DNA of 64,000 nucleotides from Mobula hypostoma (taxonomy: Eukaryota). The stretch is from contig NC_086097.1 of the NCBI RefSeq assembly GCF_963921235.1, positions 147,624,001-147,688,000 of the forward strand. Reading direction: 5' to 3'. The notes under the pieces are model-generated. The model ran no database searches and had not been told where the DNA came from. It saw nothing but the letters and a program-made list of their open reading frames with translations. Each line of letters opens with the position of its first letter. The stretch's first letter is position 1. This document shows positions 12,305 through 23,148 of the stretch, in pieces. The position numbers and the translations under genes were made by a program.

Positions 12305-13835
12305 ATTAGACAAAGGAGAATTGCTTGATGTTGTGTACTTGGATTTTCAGAAGGCCTTAGACAAGATGCCTCACATGAAGCTACTTAACAAGCTACGAGC
12401 CCATGGTATTACAAGACAGATTCTAGCATGGACAAAGCAGTGGCTGATTGGCAGGAGGCAAAGAATGGGAATAAGGGGAACCTTTTCTGGCTGGCTGCAG
12501 TGCCAGGAAGTGCACGCCATGCACTTCAGTAGAAGAAGCGAAAGGGGTGACAATTTTCTAAATAGAGAGAAAATAAGTGCAAAGGGAATGGGGAGTCCTT
12601 GTGATTCCCTAAAAGGTTAATTTGTAGTTTGAGTCTATGGTGAGGAAGGCAAAGGCAATGTTAGCATTAATTTCAAGAGGGCTAGAATATAAAAACCAGG
12701 ATGTAATGTTGAGGCTTCATATTTGGACAATTCTGATTTGATGGAGAATGGACATGAAAGCACAGAGGAACATCTGGAGAAATTTCTGAAACGCCCTTTT
12801 GCTGCTGTCGTTACTGTGTGGTTTGGAATCTTTCGGAGGGTAGGCCTCAAAATCCCCGGCCTTGCCTGCTTTTGTCGACCGAGAAGGAGGTCGAATCGTT
12901 CAGACAGAGATGGCGCTCAGTACTCGGTGTCGGAGAGCTGATCAGAGCTCGAAGTTTTCAGATGACTCAGAGTCAGATTGTGGTCAGCATGGCAGGGAGA
13001 GTTTTTCTTCCTTCTCCCGTCTGCGTGAGATGTGGGACATTTGAGAAACTTTGAACTTTACTGTGCTCACAGACTTCTTTATCAAGTTATGGTATTGTTA
13101 CACTGTTTGTAACTACATGTTATAATTATGTGGTTTTGTCAGCTTTTTCAGTCTTGGTTTGTCCTATGTTTTGTGATATCACACCGCAGGAAATAATGTA
13201 TCATTTCTTAATGCATGCATTACTAAATGACAATAAAAGAGGACTACGTGTCTTCATAATCATAATAAAGCACTGGTGAGGCCTCACTTGGAATACTGTG
13301 AGCAGATTTGGGCCTCTTATCTGAGAAAGGTTGTACTGAAACTGGAGAGGATTCAAAGGAGGTTCACAGAATTGATTCCAGGATTGAATGCTTGTCACAC
13401 GAAGAGCGCTTGATAACGCTGGGCCTGTATTCACTGGAATTCAGAAGAATGAGGTGACTTCATTGAAATCTATTGAATGGTGACAGGTTTTGATAGAGTG
13501 GATGTGGAGAGAATGCTTCCTACGGGGGGGAGAGTCTAAGACCAGAGAGAGGACACCGCTTCAGAATAAAGAGGGGTCCTTTCAGAACAGAAATGAGGAG
13601 GAATTTCTTTAGCCAAAGAGTGGTGAATCGATGGATTTTTTTCCATAGGCAGCTGTGGAGGCCAAGTCCTTATGTATATTTAAGGCAGAGGTTGATAGAT
13701 TCAGAGCATGAAGGGATATGGGGAGAAGGCAAGAGATTGGGGCTGAGCAGAAAATTGAATCAGCTGTGATGAAATGGCAGAGCAGACTCAATAGGTCAAA
13801 TGGCCAATTTCTGCTCCTATATCTTCCGGTCTTAT
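12305..13835 (+). mobile_element. CR1 LINE 3' part, interrupted at 12723-13266
   Basis: DVVYLDFQKALDK, with the ALVRPHLEYC remnant resuming after the insertion, then the CR1 3' UTR. Confidence 0.85.
12723..13266 (+). mobile_element. Unclassified non-coding retroposon (second copy at 42190-42795, minus)
   Basis: Interrupts a CR1 coding region, ends in AATAAA followed by an (ATAATC)-type tail, and has a close reverse-complement copy in the window. Confidence 0.75.
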
Positions 13836-13839
13836 GATC

Positions 13840-15428
13840 TAATTAGGCCACTTGGCCCTTCAAGTCATCTCTGCTATTCCACCATGACTGATTTATTATC
13901 CCTCTCAGTCCCATTCTCCTGCCTTCTCCCCGTAACCCTTGATGCTCTGAATAATCAAGAAGCTATCAACCTTTGCTTTAAATATATTCAATGATATGGC
14001 TTCCAAAGCTATCCACGGCAATAAATTCTACAGATTCACCACCCTCTGACTAAAGAAATTCCTTCTCATCTCTTACAAATGGACACCCCTCTGTTCTGTG
14101 GCCATTCCAATAGATCTGTCGGGCAAGGTTTTCCCTTATGGAAATCATGCTGACCTTGGCTTATTTTATTTACCATGTGCCTCCAAGTACCTCAAAACCT
14201 CATCTTTGGTAATGGACTCCACCATGTTCCTAACAACTGAAGTCAGGCTAATTGGCTTATAATTTCCTCTCTTCTGCCTCCCTCCCTTCTTAGCAATTTT
14301 CTAATCTTCTGAAACCATTCCAAAGTCTAATGATTCTTGAAAGATCATCACTAATGCCTCAACAATCTGTTCAGCTACCTCTTTCAGAACTCATGGGTGT
14401 TTTCCATCTGGTCCAGGTAACTTATCTGTCTTGAGACCTTTCAGCTTCCCAAGCACCTTCTCCTTAGTAATAGCCACTATACTCACTTCTGCCCCCTGAT
14501 ATTCTTGAATTTCAGGCACACTGTTAGTGTTTTCCATAGTGAAGACTGACACAAAATACTTACTAAGTTCGTCTGCCATTTCTTTGTCCCCCATTACTAC
14601 CTCTCCAGTATCTTTTTCCAGTGATCCAATATTCACTCTCACCTCTCTTTTACTTTTTATATATCTGGACAAAAACTTTTGGTATCCTCTTTGATATTTT
14701 GGCTTGCTTACCTTATATTTCACCTTTATTCTCTTGGTGTTTTTTTTTTAGTTGACTTCTGTTGGTTTTTAAAACTTCCAATTCCTTTAACTTCTGACTA
14801 ATTTTGATGTATTAACTACCCTCCCTGTTGCTTTCATGCTGCCTTTGACTTCCCTTGTCAGCCATGCTTGCCTGATCCTGCCTTTAGAATATTTCTTCAT
14901 CTTTGGGATGTATCTATCATGCAGCTTCTGAATTGCCGTCAGGAACTCCAGCCACTGCTTTTCTGCCATCATCCTTACTAGTGCCCCCTTCCAATCAATT
15001 TTGTCCCACCCTTCTCTCAAGTCTCTGTAATTCCCTTTACTCCACTGTAATGCTGATACATCTGACTTCTCTTCTCCCCCTCAGACAGCAGGGTGAATTC
15101 TATTATATTATGATAACTGTCTTCCTTTACCTTAAGCTCCTGAATCAAATCTGCTTCATTACACAACATCCAATCCAGAATTGCCTTTCTCCTAGTGGAC
15201 TCAACCACGCGATGCTCTAAGAAGCCATCTCATAGGCATTCTACAAATTCTCTCTCTTGGGATCCAACACCAAACTGTTTTTATTCCATTCCACCTGCAT
15301 ATTGATATCGCCCATGACTATTATAACATTGTCCTTATTAAATGCCATTTCTATTTCCTATTGAACTTTATATCCCACATGCTGGCCACTGTTTGGGAGC
15401 CTATACATACAGTAACTCCCATCAGGGT
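13840..15428 (-). mobile_element. Decayed CR1 LINE
   Basis: KAILDWMLCNE, WLTREVK, EMADELSKYFVSVFT and KLPGPDG motifs, with the 3' UTR near 13840. Confidence 0.85.
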
Positions 15429-16256
15429 CAAATGAAGTTTAGGTTCAATATAAGTAACAAAAAGAACAAAAATTAATTTTATAGTAGGACTCTTCAAAAA
15501 TAGCAGAATTGTCAAGTGAACTCCATATGTGAAAAGCTGGATCATTAGCAATTTTTGACTTTCATCAACCCAAAGACATTAATTTAGCCCAAAAGGATAG
15601 GCAGAACAAACTTCTCTGCATGTTCACCTTATACCGTATATCAAAGCTCATGCTTACTATTTTTCCTAGTGGTTTTGGACCCATTAGCTAAATTTTGCAG
15701 TAAGAGGACATTAAGCGGATGTCTTTGAAAAGTTAAGTTGTCTTTGCATATTCATAGTTTTAATTGATTTTACATGGCCAATTCCAAATGGTACACTTTA
15801 AATATGTCACTGTGGAAGAAACAAGATATACTTAGATCAATGTGAACAAGACAAGTCAGAATAAATTCCTTAACTAATCAATTGTAAATTAAAGACTGAA
15901 ACAATGAAAAGATAGAGGAGATAAATTCAATGTCTAATAACAAACAAAAGGAAAACTAAGAAGGAAATTAAATAAGGGAAATGAAACAGGGGAAAGAGAA
16001 AGAAATAGTTGAAAAATAAACAGTAAGTTTCAAACTTTGAGAAACTTTTAGAAACACATCCCCATTAAATTGGGATACTGTATACTGTTGAATAATTATG
16101 TTGTACTCTCCTGTCAAAATTCATTGTGTTACCCTGCAGTAAATGTGGACAAAAGTTGAGTGTCTTGGCACCAAGGTTTGAACACATGTAGTGTGTGCCA
16201 TCTCATGGACAGATTTAGCAACTGTAACAAAATTTCTCCAATGAAGCACAGTAAAT

Positions 16257-16436
16257 ATACACTCAGTGGCCACTTTATTAGGTACATCTGGACACCTGCT
16301 CATTAATACAAATATCTATCAAATAATCACGTGGCTGCAACTTAATGCACAAAAACATGCAAACGAGTTCAAGAGGTTCAGTTGTTGTTTAGACCGAACA
16401 TCAGAATGGAGAAGAAATGTCATCTATGTGACTTTG
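16257..16436 (+). mobile_element. Probable Tc1/mariner-like terminal fragment
   Basis: Starts TA-CACTCAGTGGCCACTTTATTAGGTAC, which resembles a Tc1-type terminal repeat. No partner end seen. Confidence 0.5.
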
Positions 16437-18150
16437 GATTGAATTGACTTTATTACTTACATCCTTCATATACATGAGGAGTAAAAAATCTTTATATTAT
16501 GTCTCCATCTAAATGTGCAATATACAATTTATAGTAATTTGTAAGAAATAGTATGTACAACAGGACAGTCAATATAACATAGAAATACAATTGTATCAGC
16601 ACAAGTTAATCAGTCTGATAGCCTGGTGGAAGAAGCTGTCCCAGAGTCTGTTGGTCCTGGCTTTTATACTGTGGTACCATTTCCCAGATGGTAGCAGCTG
16701 AAACAGTTTGTAGTTGGGATGACTTGGGTCCCCAGTGATCCTTCAGGCCCTTTCTATGCACCTCTCTCTGTAAATATCCTGATAGTGGGAAGTCCACATC
16801 CACAGCTATGCTGGGCTGTCCATACCACTCTCTGCAGAGTCCTGCGATTGAGGGAAGTACAGTTCCCATACCAGGCGGTGGTGCAGCCAGTCAGGATGCT
16901 CTCAATTGTGCCCCTGTAGAAAGCTCTTAGGATTTTGGGGGCCACACAGCCGGTATATACAAACCACATGAGATCCTCAGTGATGTGTATGCCGAGGAAC
17001 ATAAAGCTGTTCACCCTCTGAGCCCCAGATCCATTGATGTCAATAGGGGTTAGCCTGTCTCCATTCCTCCTGTAATCCACAACCAGCTCCTTTTTTTGCA
17101 ACATTGAGGAAGAGGTTGTTTTCTTGAAACCACTGTGTCAGGGTGATGACTTTTTCTCTGTAGGCTGCCTCATTATTATTTGATATTAGGCCAATGAATG
17201 TAGTATTATCGGCAAATTTAATTAGTAGATTGGAGCTGTGGGTGGTGACACATTCATGGGTATATAGACAGTAAAGGAGGGGGCTTAGGACCCAGCCCTG
17301 AGGGGCACCTATCTTGAGGGTCAGAGGGATACAAATGAGGGACCCAACTCTTACCACCAGCCGGCAATCTGACAGGAAGTCCAGGATCCAGCTACTCAAG
17401 GCAGGGTGAAGGTCGAACCAGGAGGGAATTATGGTGAACTGTAATCCAAGAGCAGCATTCTCACATAAGCATCCTTCTCCAGATGTGCAAGGACAGTGTG
17501 TAGGGCTATGGCTATTGCGTCATCTGTCGATCGGTTGTGTCGATACGCAAATTGTACGGGGTCCAGTACAGGTGGTAGCATGCTGCAGATGAAGTCCTTG
17601 ACCAGCCTCTCAAACTATTTGCTTATTATTGAGGTGAGTGTGACAGGACGCCAGTCGTTCAGAAATGTTACCTTGGTCTTTCTAGGCACACGGACAATGG
17701 TGGATGTTTCAAAGCAGTACACTGGGAGAGGGAGAGATTAAAAATATCTATAAACACACCTGCCAGTTGTACTGAGCACATCCTGAGTACCCGGCCTGGG
17801 TTGCTGTCTGGTCCCACAGCCTTGCAACTGTCCACTCATTGGAAATTCCTGTGTACTTCGGCCTCAGAGATGACCAATATGTAGGTCACATCAGCGGCTC
17901 TCCTCGGGTGCTCAATGTTAGTGACATCAAACTGAGTATAAAGAAAATTTCACTCATCTGGGAGGGAGGCAGTGATGTTGGCAGCAGCACTGCATTTAGC
18001 TTTGAAGTCTGCAATGGTGTGCAGACATTGCCATCAGCTGCATGAATTGTTGGTGGAGAGTTGTGTCTGGATCTTGTCCCTATATTGTTGTTTTGCTGCC
18101 GTGATGAGTTTGCACAGATTGTAGCTGCATATCTTGAGTTCCTGTTAGTT
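16437..18150 (-). mobile_element. Rex1/Babar-like LINE 3' half
   Basis: WILDFLS, GAPQGWVLSPLLYCLYTHEC, KFADNTT and FYRGTIESILTGCTTAWYGNC motifs; AATAAA plus a short tandem tail. Confidence 0.85.
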
Positions 18151-18329
18151 ACCTCTGGGCTTCCCCTCTCCCCTTTCTTCCTCCCTCGGCCTCACATCCC
18201 ATGATCCTCTCATATCCCTTTTGCCAATCAACTTTCCAGCTTCTTGGCTCCATCCCTCCCCCTCCTGTCTTCTCCTATCATTTCGGATCTCCCCCTCCAC
18301 CTCCTACTTTCAAATCTCTTACTATCTCT

Positions 18330-19168
18330 TGTTACGAGAATACACATAAAATTAAGATGTTTGCTGGCCTGGGCTAGCATCAGTGGCATCAGCAGTTGGT
18401 CTGCCACCTGCCCTCAGGGGAAGGAGAGATAAGGAACAATGGAGCAGCGTCTGGAGATGTGTAATGAAGGGATGTGGGAGGGAGAGCTGTCTGGAGCGGC
18501 TCCCCCCTTTGAACTCTGAACTGTTTGAAGTGATGGACAGGCGATACCCCAGCAGGGGGATAAAAAGGGACAGGTTCGCTAAGACAGACACACGCCACCC
18601 GAGGTAACAAGACCCTGGAAGTGGTGCGCCTCTCACGAGTGGGTGAGAAGTGCCAGACAACGACAAGGGTGGAAAGGTACGATCAGCGGGAACCCGGTGT
18701 GTGTCCGCCCTTGCCTGGGTGCCGGGTTCACTGCAGAGGATCGACCACATCTGGAGGAGGGGTCACAGTCGGTGACCTCAGGTGACATCACCAAGGACCC
18801 GCCCAAAAGCTGGTCTGTGAGCCATCTTGCTGGTCTGTGAGTGAAGCAGTGTTCTGAATGATCAGTTGTTCCTATTCTATCTCTCTCTTCCCCAACGATT
18901 ACTGCGAACTGAACTACTAACTGGACTGAACTTTGAGTCATTTTGAAATTGGTCATTTACCCCTAGACAACGATAGAGCTTGATTGATGCTGTTATCTTA
19001 ATGCTGTGCACATGTGTGTTTATCATCACTGAACTGTTGCATTTATTATCCTTTCGATTACTGTGTTGCTTGTTTCTTTAATAAAACTTTCTTAGTTCTA
19101 GTACTCCAGACTCCAACTGAGTGATCCATTTCTGCTGGTTTGGCAACCCAGTTACGGGGTACGTAACA
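18330..19168 (+). mobile_element. Solo LTR (839 bp)
   Basis: TGTTACG...CGTAACA termini, 4-bp TSD CTCT, TATA-like GATAAAAA near 18559, AATAAA near 19080, CpG-rich. Confidence 0.88.
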
Positions 19169-19182
19169 CTCTTCTTTCAGTT

Positions 19183-19218
19183 AGTCCTGATGAAGGCTCT
19201 TGGCCCGAAACGTCGACT
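19183..19218 (+). ncRNA. Minimal hammerhead motif, core intact
   Basis: AGTC CTGATGA AGGCTCTTGGCCC GAAACGTC GACT; one stem II mismatch. Confidence 0.65.
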
Positions 19219-19514
19219 GTACCTCTTCCTAGAGCTGCTGCCTGGCCTGCTGCGTTCACCAGCAATTTTATGTGTGTTGCTTCTATTAATAGAACTGGGC
19301 CTTCCTTACTGATCTGCTCTGGGTTGCCATAATGTGTTCACAGTGACTTTCACTTGCCTAGATTCAATTCCTAATATCAAAATCAACTTCTTGTTGGGCT
19401 TAACATGTGCTGTTTAAATAAGTTCCCTTGCTTTTTCCACTAATACCTGCTATATTTTTTCTCTTCAATGTCTCTTACAATAATTGTATCTTCTCACCTG
19501 CACATGATCAAAGT

Positions 19515-19903
19515 AAGCTGCAGTGAGTTATAAACTTAATCAGCTCCATCATGGGAACTAGCCTACGTGTATCCAGGACATCTTCAAGAAGTGATGCTCA
19601 AAAAGTTGCCGTCCATCATTATGGACACCCATCAGCCAGGACATGCCCTCTTCTCATTTCTACCTTAGCCAGGAGGCACATACTCAACGATTCAGAAACA
19701 GTTTCTACCCCTCTACCATCCAATTGCTGAATGAACATTTTACCCTAGAACACTACCTCACTACTTTTGTTATTTGTATTTTGCACTATTTATTTAAATT
19801 AACTATTTTATATATATATATATATACTTACTTTATTTTACAGTTTTTTCTATATTATGTAATGCATTGTACTGCCGCCACAAAGTTAATATATTTCACG
19901 ACA
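19515..19903 (+). mobile_element. Rex1-like LINE 3' end (tail resumes at about 21562-21600)
   Basis: TQRFRNSFYPSTIQLLN C-terminal motif and a 3' UTR that continues after the PLE. Confidence 0.7.
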
Positions 19904-21550
19904 AACACGAGGAAACCTGCAGATGCTGGAATTTCAAGCAACACACATAAAAGTTGCTGGTGAATGCAGCAGGCCAGGCAGCATCTCTAGGAAGAGGTAC
20001 AGTCGACGTTTCGGGCCAAGACCCTTCGTCAGGACTAACTGAAAGAAGAGCTAGTAAGAGATTTGAAAGTGGGAGGGGGAGGGGGAGATCCAAAATGATA
20101 GGAGAAGACAGGAGGGGGAGGGATGGAGCCAAGCGCTGGACAGGTGATTGGCAAAAGGGATATGAGAGGATCATGGGACAGGAGGCCCAGGGAGAAAGCC
20201 TAGGGAGGGGGGGAAAAAGCCCAGAGGATGGGCAAGGGGTATAATGAGAGAGACAGAGGGAGAAAAAGGAGAGAGAGAAAAAGAATGTGTGTATATAAAT
20301 AAATAACAGATGGGGTACGAAGGGGAGGTGGGGCATTAGCGGAAGTTCGAGAAGTCAATGTTCATGCCATCAGGTTGGAGGCTACCCAGACGGAATATAA
20401 GGTGTTGTTCCTCCAACTTGAGTGTGGCTTCATCTTTACAGTAGAGGAGGCCGTGGATGGACATATCAGAATGGGAATGGGACATGGAATTGAAATGTGT
20501 GGCCACTGGGAGATCCTGCTTTCTCTGGCGGACAGAGCGTAGGTGTTCAGCAAAACGATCTCCCAGTCTGCGTCGGGTCTCGCCAATGTATAGAAAGCCA
20601 CATCGGGAGCACCAAACGCAATATATCACCCCAGCCGACTCACCTGGAAGGACTGCCTGGGGCCCTGAATGGTGGTAAGGGAGGAAGTGTAAGGGCATGT
20701 GTAGCACTTGTTTAGCTTACAGGGATAAGTGCCAGGAGGGAGATCGGTGGGGAAGGATGGGGGGAACGAATGGACAAGGGAGTCGCGTAGGGAGCGATCC
20801 CTGCAGAAAGTTGGGGGTGGGGAGGAAAGATATGCTTAGTGGTGGGATCCCGTTGGAGGTGGCGGAAGTTATGGAGAATTATATGTTGGACCCAGGGGCT
20901 GGTGGGGTGGTAGGTGAGGACCAGGGGAACCCTATTCCTAGTGGGGTGGCAGGAGGATGGAGTGAGAGCAGATGTGCGTGAAATGGGGGAGATGCGTCTG
21001 AGAGCAGGGTTGATGGTGGAGGAAGGGAAGCCCCTTTCTTTAAAAAAAGGAGGACATCTCCCTCGTCCTGGAATGAAAAGCCTCATGCTGAGAGCAGATG
21101 TGGCGGAGATGGAGGAATTGCGAGAAGGGGATGGCATTTTTGTAAGAGACAGGGTGAGAAGAGGAATAGTCCAGATAGCTGTGAGAGTCAGTAGGCTTAT
21201 AGTAGACATCAGTAGATAAGCTGCCTCCAGAGATAGAGACAGAAAGATCTAGAAGGGGGAGGGAGGTGTCGGAAATGGACCAGGCAAACTTGAGGGCAGG
21301 GTGAAAGATGGAGGCAAAGTTAATGAAGTCAACGAGCTCAGTGTGCGCGCAGGAAGCAGCGCCAATGCAGTCGTCGATGTAGCGAAAGAAAAGTGGGGGA
21401 CAGATACCAGAATAGGTTTGGAACATAGATTGTTCCACAAAGCCAACAAAAAGGCAGGCATAGCTGGGACCCATACGGGTGCCCATAGCTACACCTTTAG
21501 TTTGGAGGAAGTGGGAGGAACAAATGAGAAATTATTAAGAGTAAGGACTA
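19904..21550 (-). mobile_element. 5'-truncated Penelope-like element: RT, GIY-YIG endonuclease and hammerhead terminus
   Basis: MGTRMGPSYACLFVG, FRYIDDC, TDVYYKPTDSHSYLDYSSSHP and YIGETRRRLGDRFAEH, with frameshifts. 11-bp TSD ATTTCACGACA (19893-19903, 21551-21561). Confidence 0.95.
20001..20036 (-). ncRNA. Minimal type I hammerhead ribozyme motif (best copy)
   Basis: AGUC-CUGACGA-A-GGGU(CUUG)GCCC-GAAACGUC-GACU: stem I AGUC/GACU, intact core, 4-bp stem II, palindromic ACGU helix III, GUC cleavage triplet. Confidence 0.8.
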
Positions 21551-21765
21551 ATTTCACGACATACTGTATGCTGGTGATATTAAAGCTGATCTGATTCTAT
21601 TTCTCACATCCTCTTTGACAGCTCTTCATTGTAGCTCTCTCATCTTTCACCTGTTTTACCTTTCATTGTTTTTGTCAATCCTCTTATGGTTCTCTTGTCA
21701 TTCTTCTTACTATACTCCAACTAACACATTCATATCTTGACTTTCAACGTGTTTTATCTCACTTA

Positions 21766-22963
21766 CATAGAAACATAGAAAATAGGTGCAGGAGTAGGCC
21801 TTTCGGCCCTTCATGGCTGATCATCCAACTCAGAACCCTGTACCAACCTTCCCTCCATACTCCCTGATCCCTTTAGCCACAAGGGCCATATCTACCTTCC
21901 TCTTAAATATAGCTAATGAGCTGGCCTCAACTGTTTCCTGTGGCAGAGAATTCCACAGATTCAACACTCTCTGTATGAAGAAGTTTTTCCTAATCTCGAT
22001 CCTAAAAGGCTTCCCCTTTATCCTCTAACTGTGACCCTTCGTTCTGGACTTCCCCAACATCAGGAACAATCTTCCTACATCTAGTCTGTCCAATCCCTTT
22101 AGGATTTTATACGTTTCAATAAGATCCCCCCTCAATCTTCTAAATTCCAACGAGTATAAGCCTAGTCGAATTCATATGAAAGTCCTGCCATCCCAGGAAT
22201 CAATCTGGTGAACCTTCTTTGTACTCCCTCTATGGCAAGAATGTCTTTCCTCAGATTAGGGGACCAAAACTGCACACAATACTCCAGGTGTGGTCTCACC
22301 AAGGCCTTGTACAACTGCAGTAGCACCTCCCTGCTCCTGTACTCGAATCCTCTTGCTATGAATGCCAGCATACCATTCGCCTTTTTCACCGCCTGCTGTA
22401 CCTGCATGCCCACTTTCAATGACTGGTGTATAATGACACCCAGGTCTCGTTGCACCTCCCCTTTTCCTAATTGGCCACCATTCAGATAATAATCTGTTTT
22501 CCTGTTTTTGCCACCAAAATGGATAACCTCACATTTATCCACATTAAATTGCATCTGCCATGAATTTGCCCACTCACCTAACTTATCCAAGTCACCCTGC
22601 ATCCTCTTAGCATCCTCCTCACAGCTAACACTGCCGTCCAGCTTCGTGTCATCCGCAAACTTGGAGATGCTGCATTTAATTCCCTCGTCTTAGTCATTAA
22701 TATATATTGTAAACAACTGGGGTCCAAGCACTGAGCCTTGCGGTACCCCACTAGTCACTGCCTGCCATTCTGAAAAGGTCCGGTTTATTCCCACTCTTTG
22801 TTTCCTGTCTGCCAACCAATTCTCTATCCACATCAATACCTTACCCCCAATACCGTGTGCTTTAAGTTTGCACACTAATCTCCTGTGTGGGACCTTGTCA
22901 AAAGCCTTTTGAAAATCCAAATACACCACATCCACTGGTTCTCCGCTATCCACTCTACTAGTT
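21766..22963 (-). mobile_element. CR1 LINE 3' end
   Basis: [27 protein letters not shown] and LVRPHLEYCVQFWSP motifs; (ATGTTTCT)n tail. Confidence 0.93.
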
Positions 22964-23148
22964 ACTGTGTGCTTCTTACTTCAGAGAAGGAAACAATGAG
23001 ATTAGAGTAATTCATGCAACTGGCTCCGCCAAGCAGTTAAATCATAATTAATTTGCACAAATCCCCATCATGCTTCTACTGCTTCATAAAGCTTTATACC
23101 TCAACCTGCCAATGTCTTAAAAATGTCAATAATTGAGGCCATCTATGC

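Larger units (their letters stand above)
18155..19283 (+). mobile_element. Penelope-like terminal fragment split by a solo LTR
   Basis: 18155-18329 and 19169-19283 rejoin into the standard PLE terminus. Confidence 0.88.
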
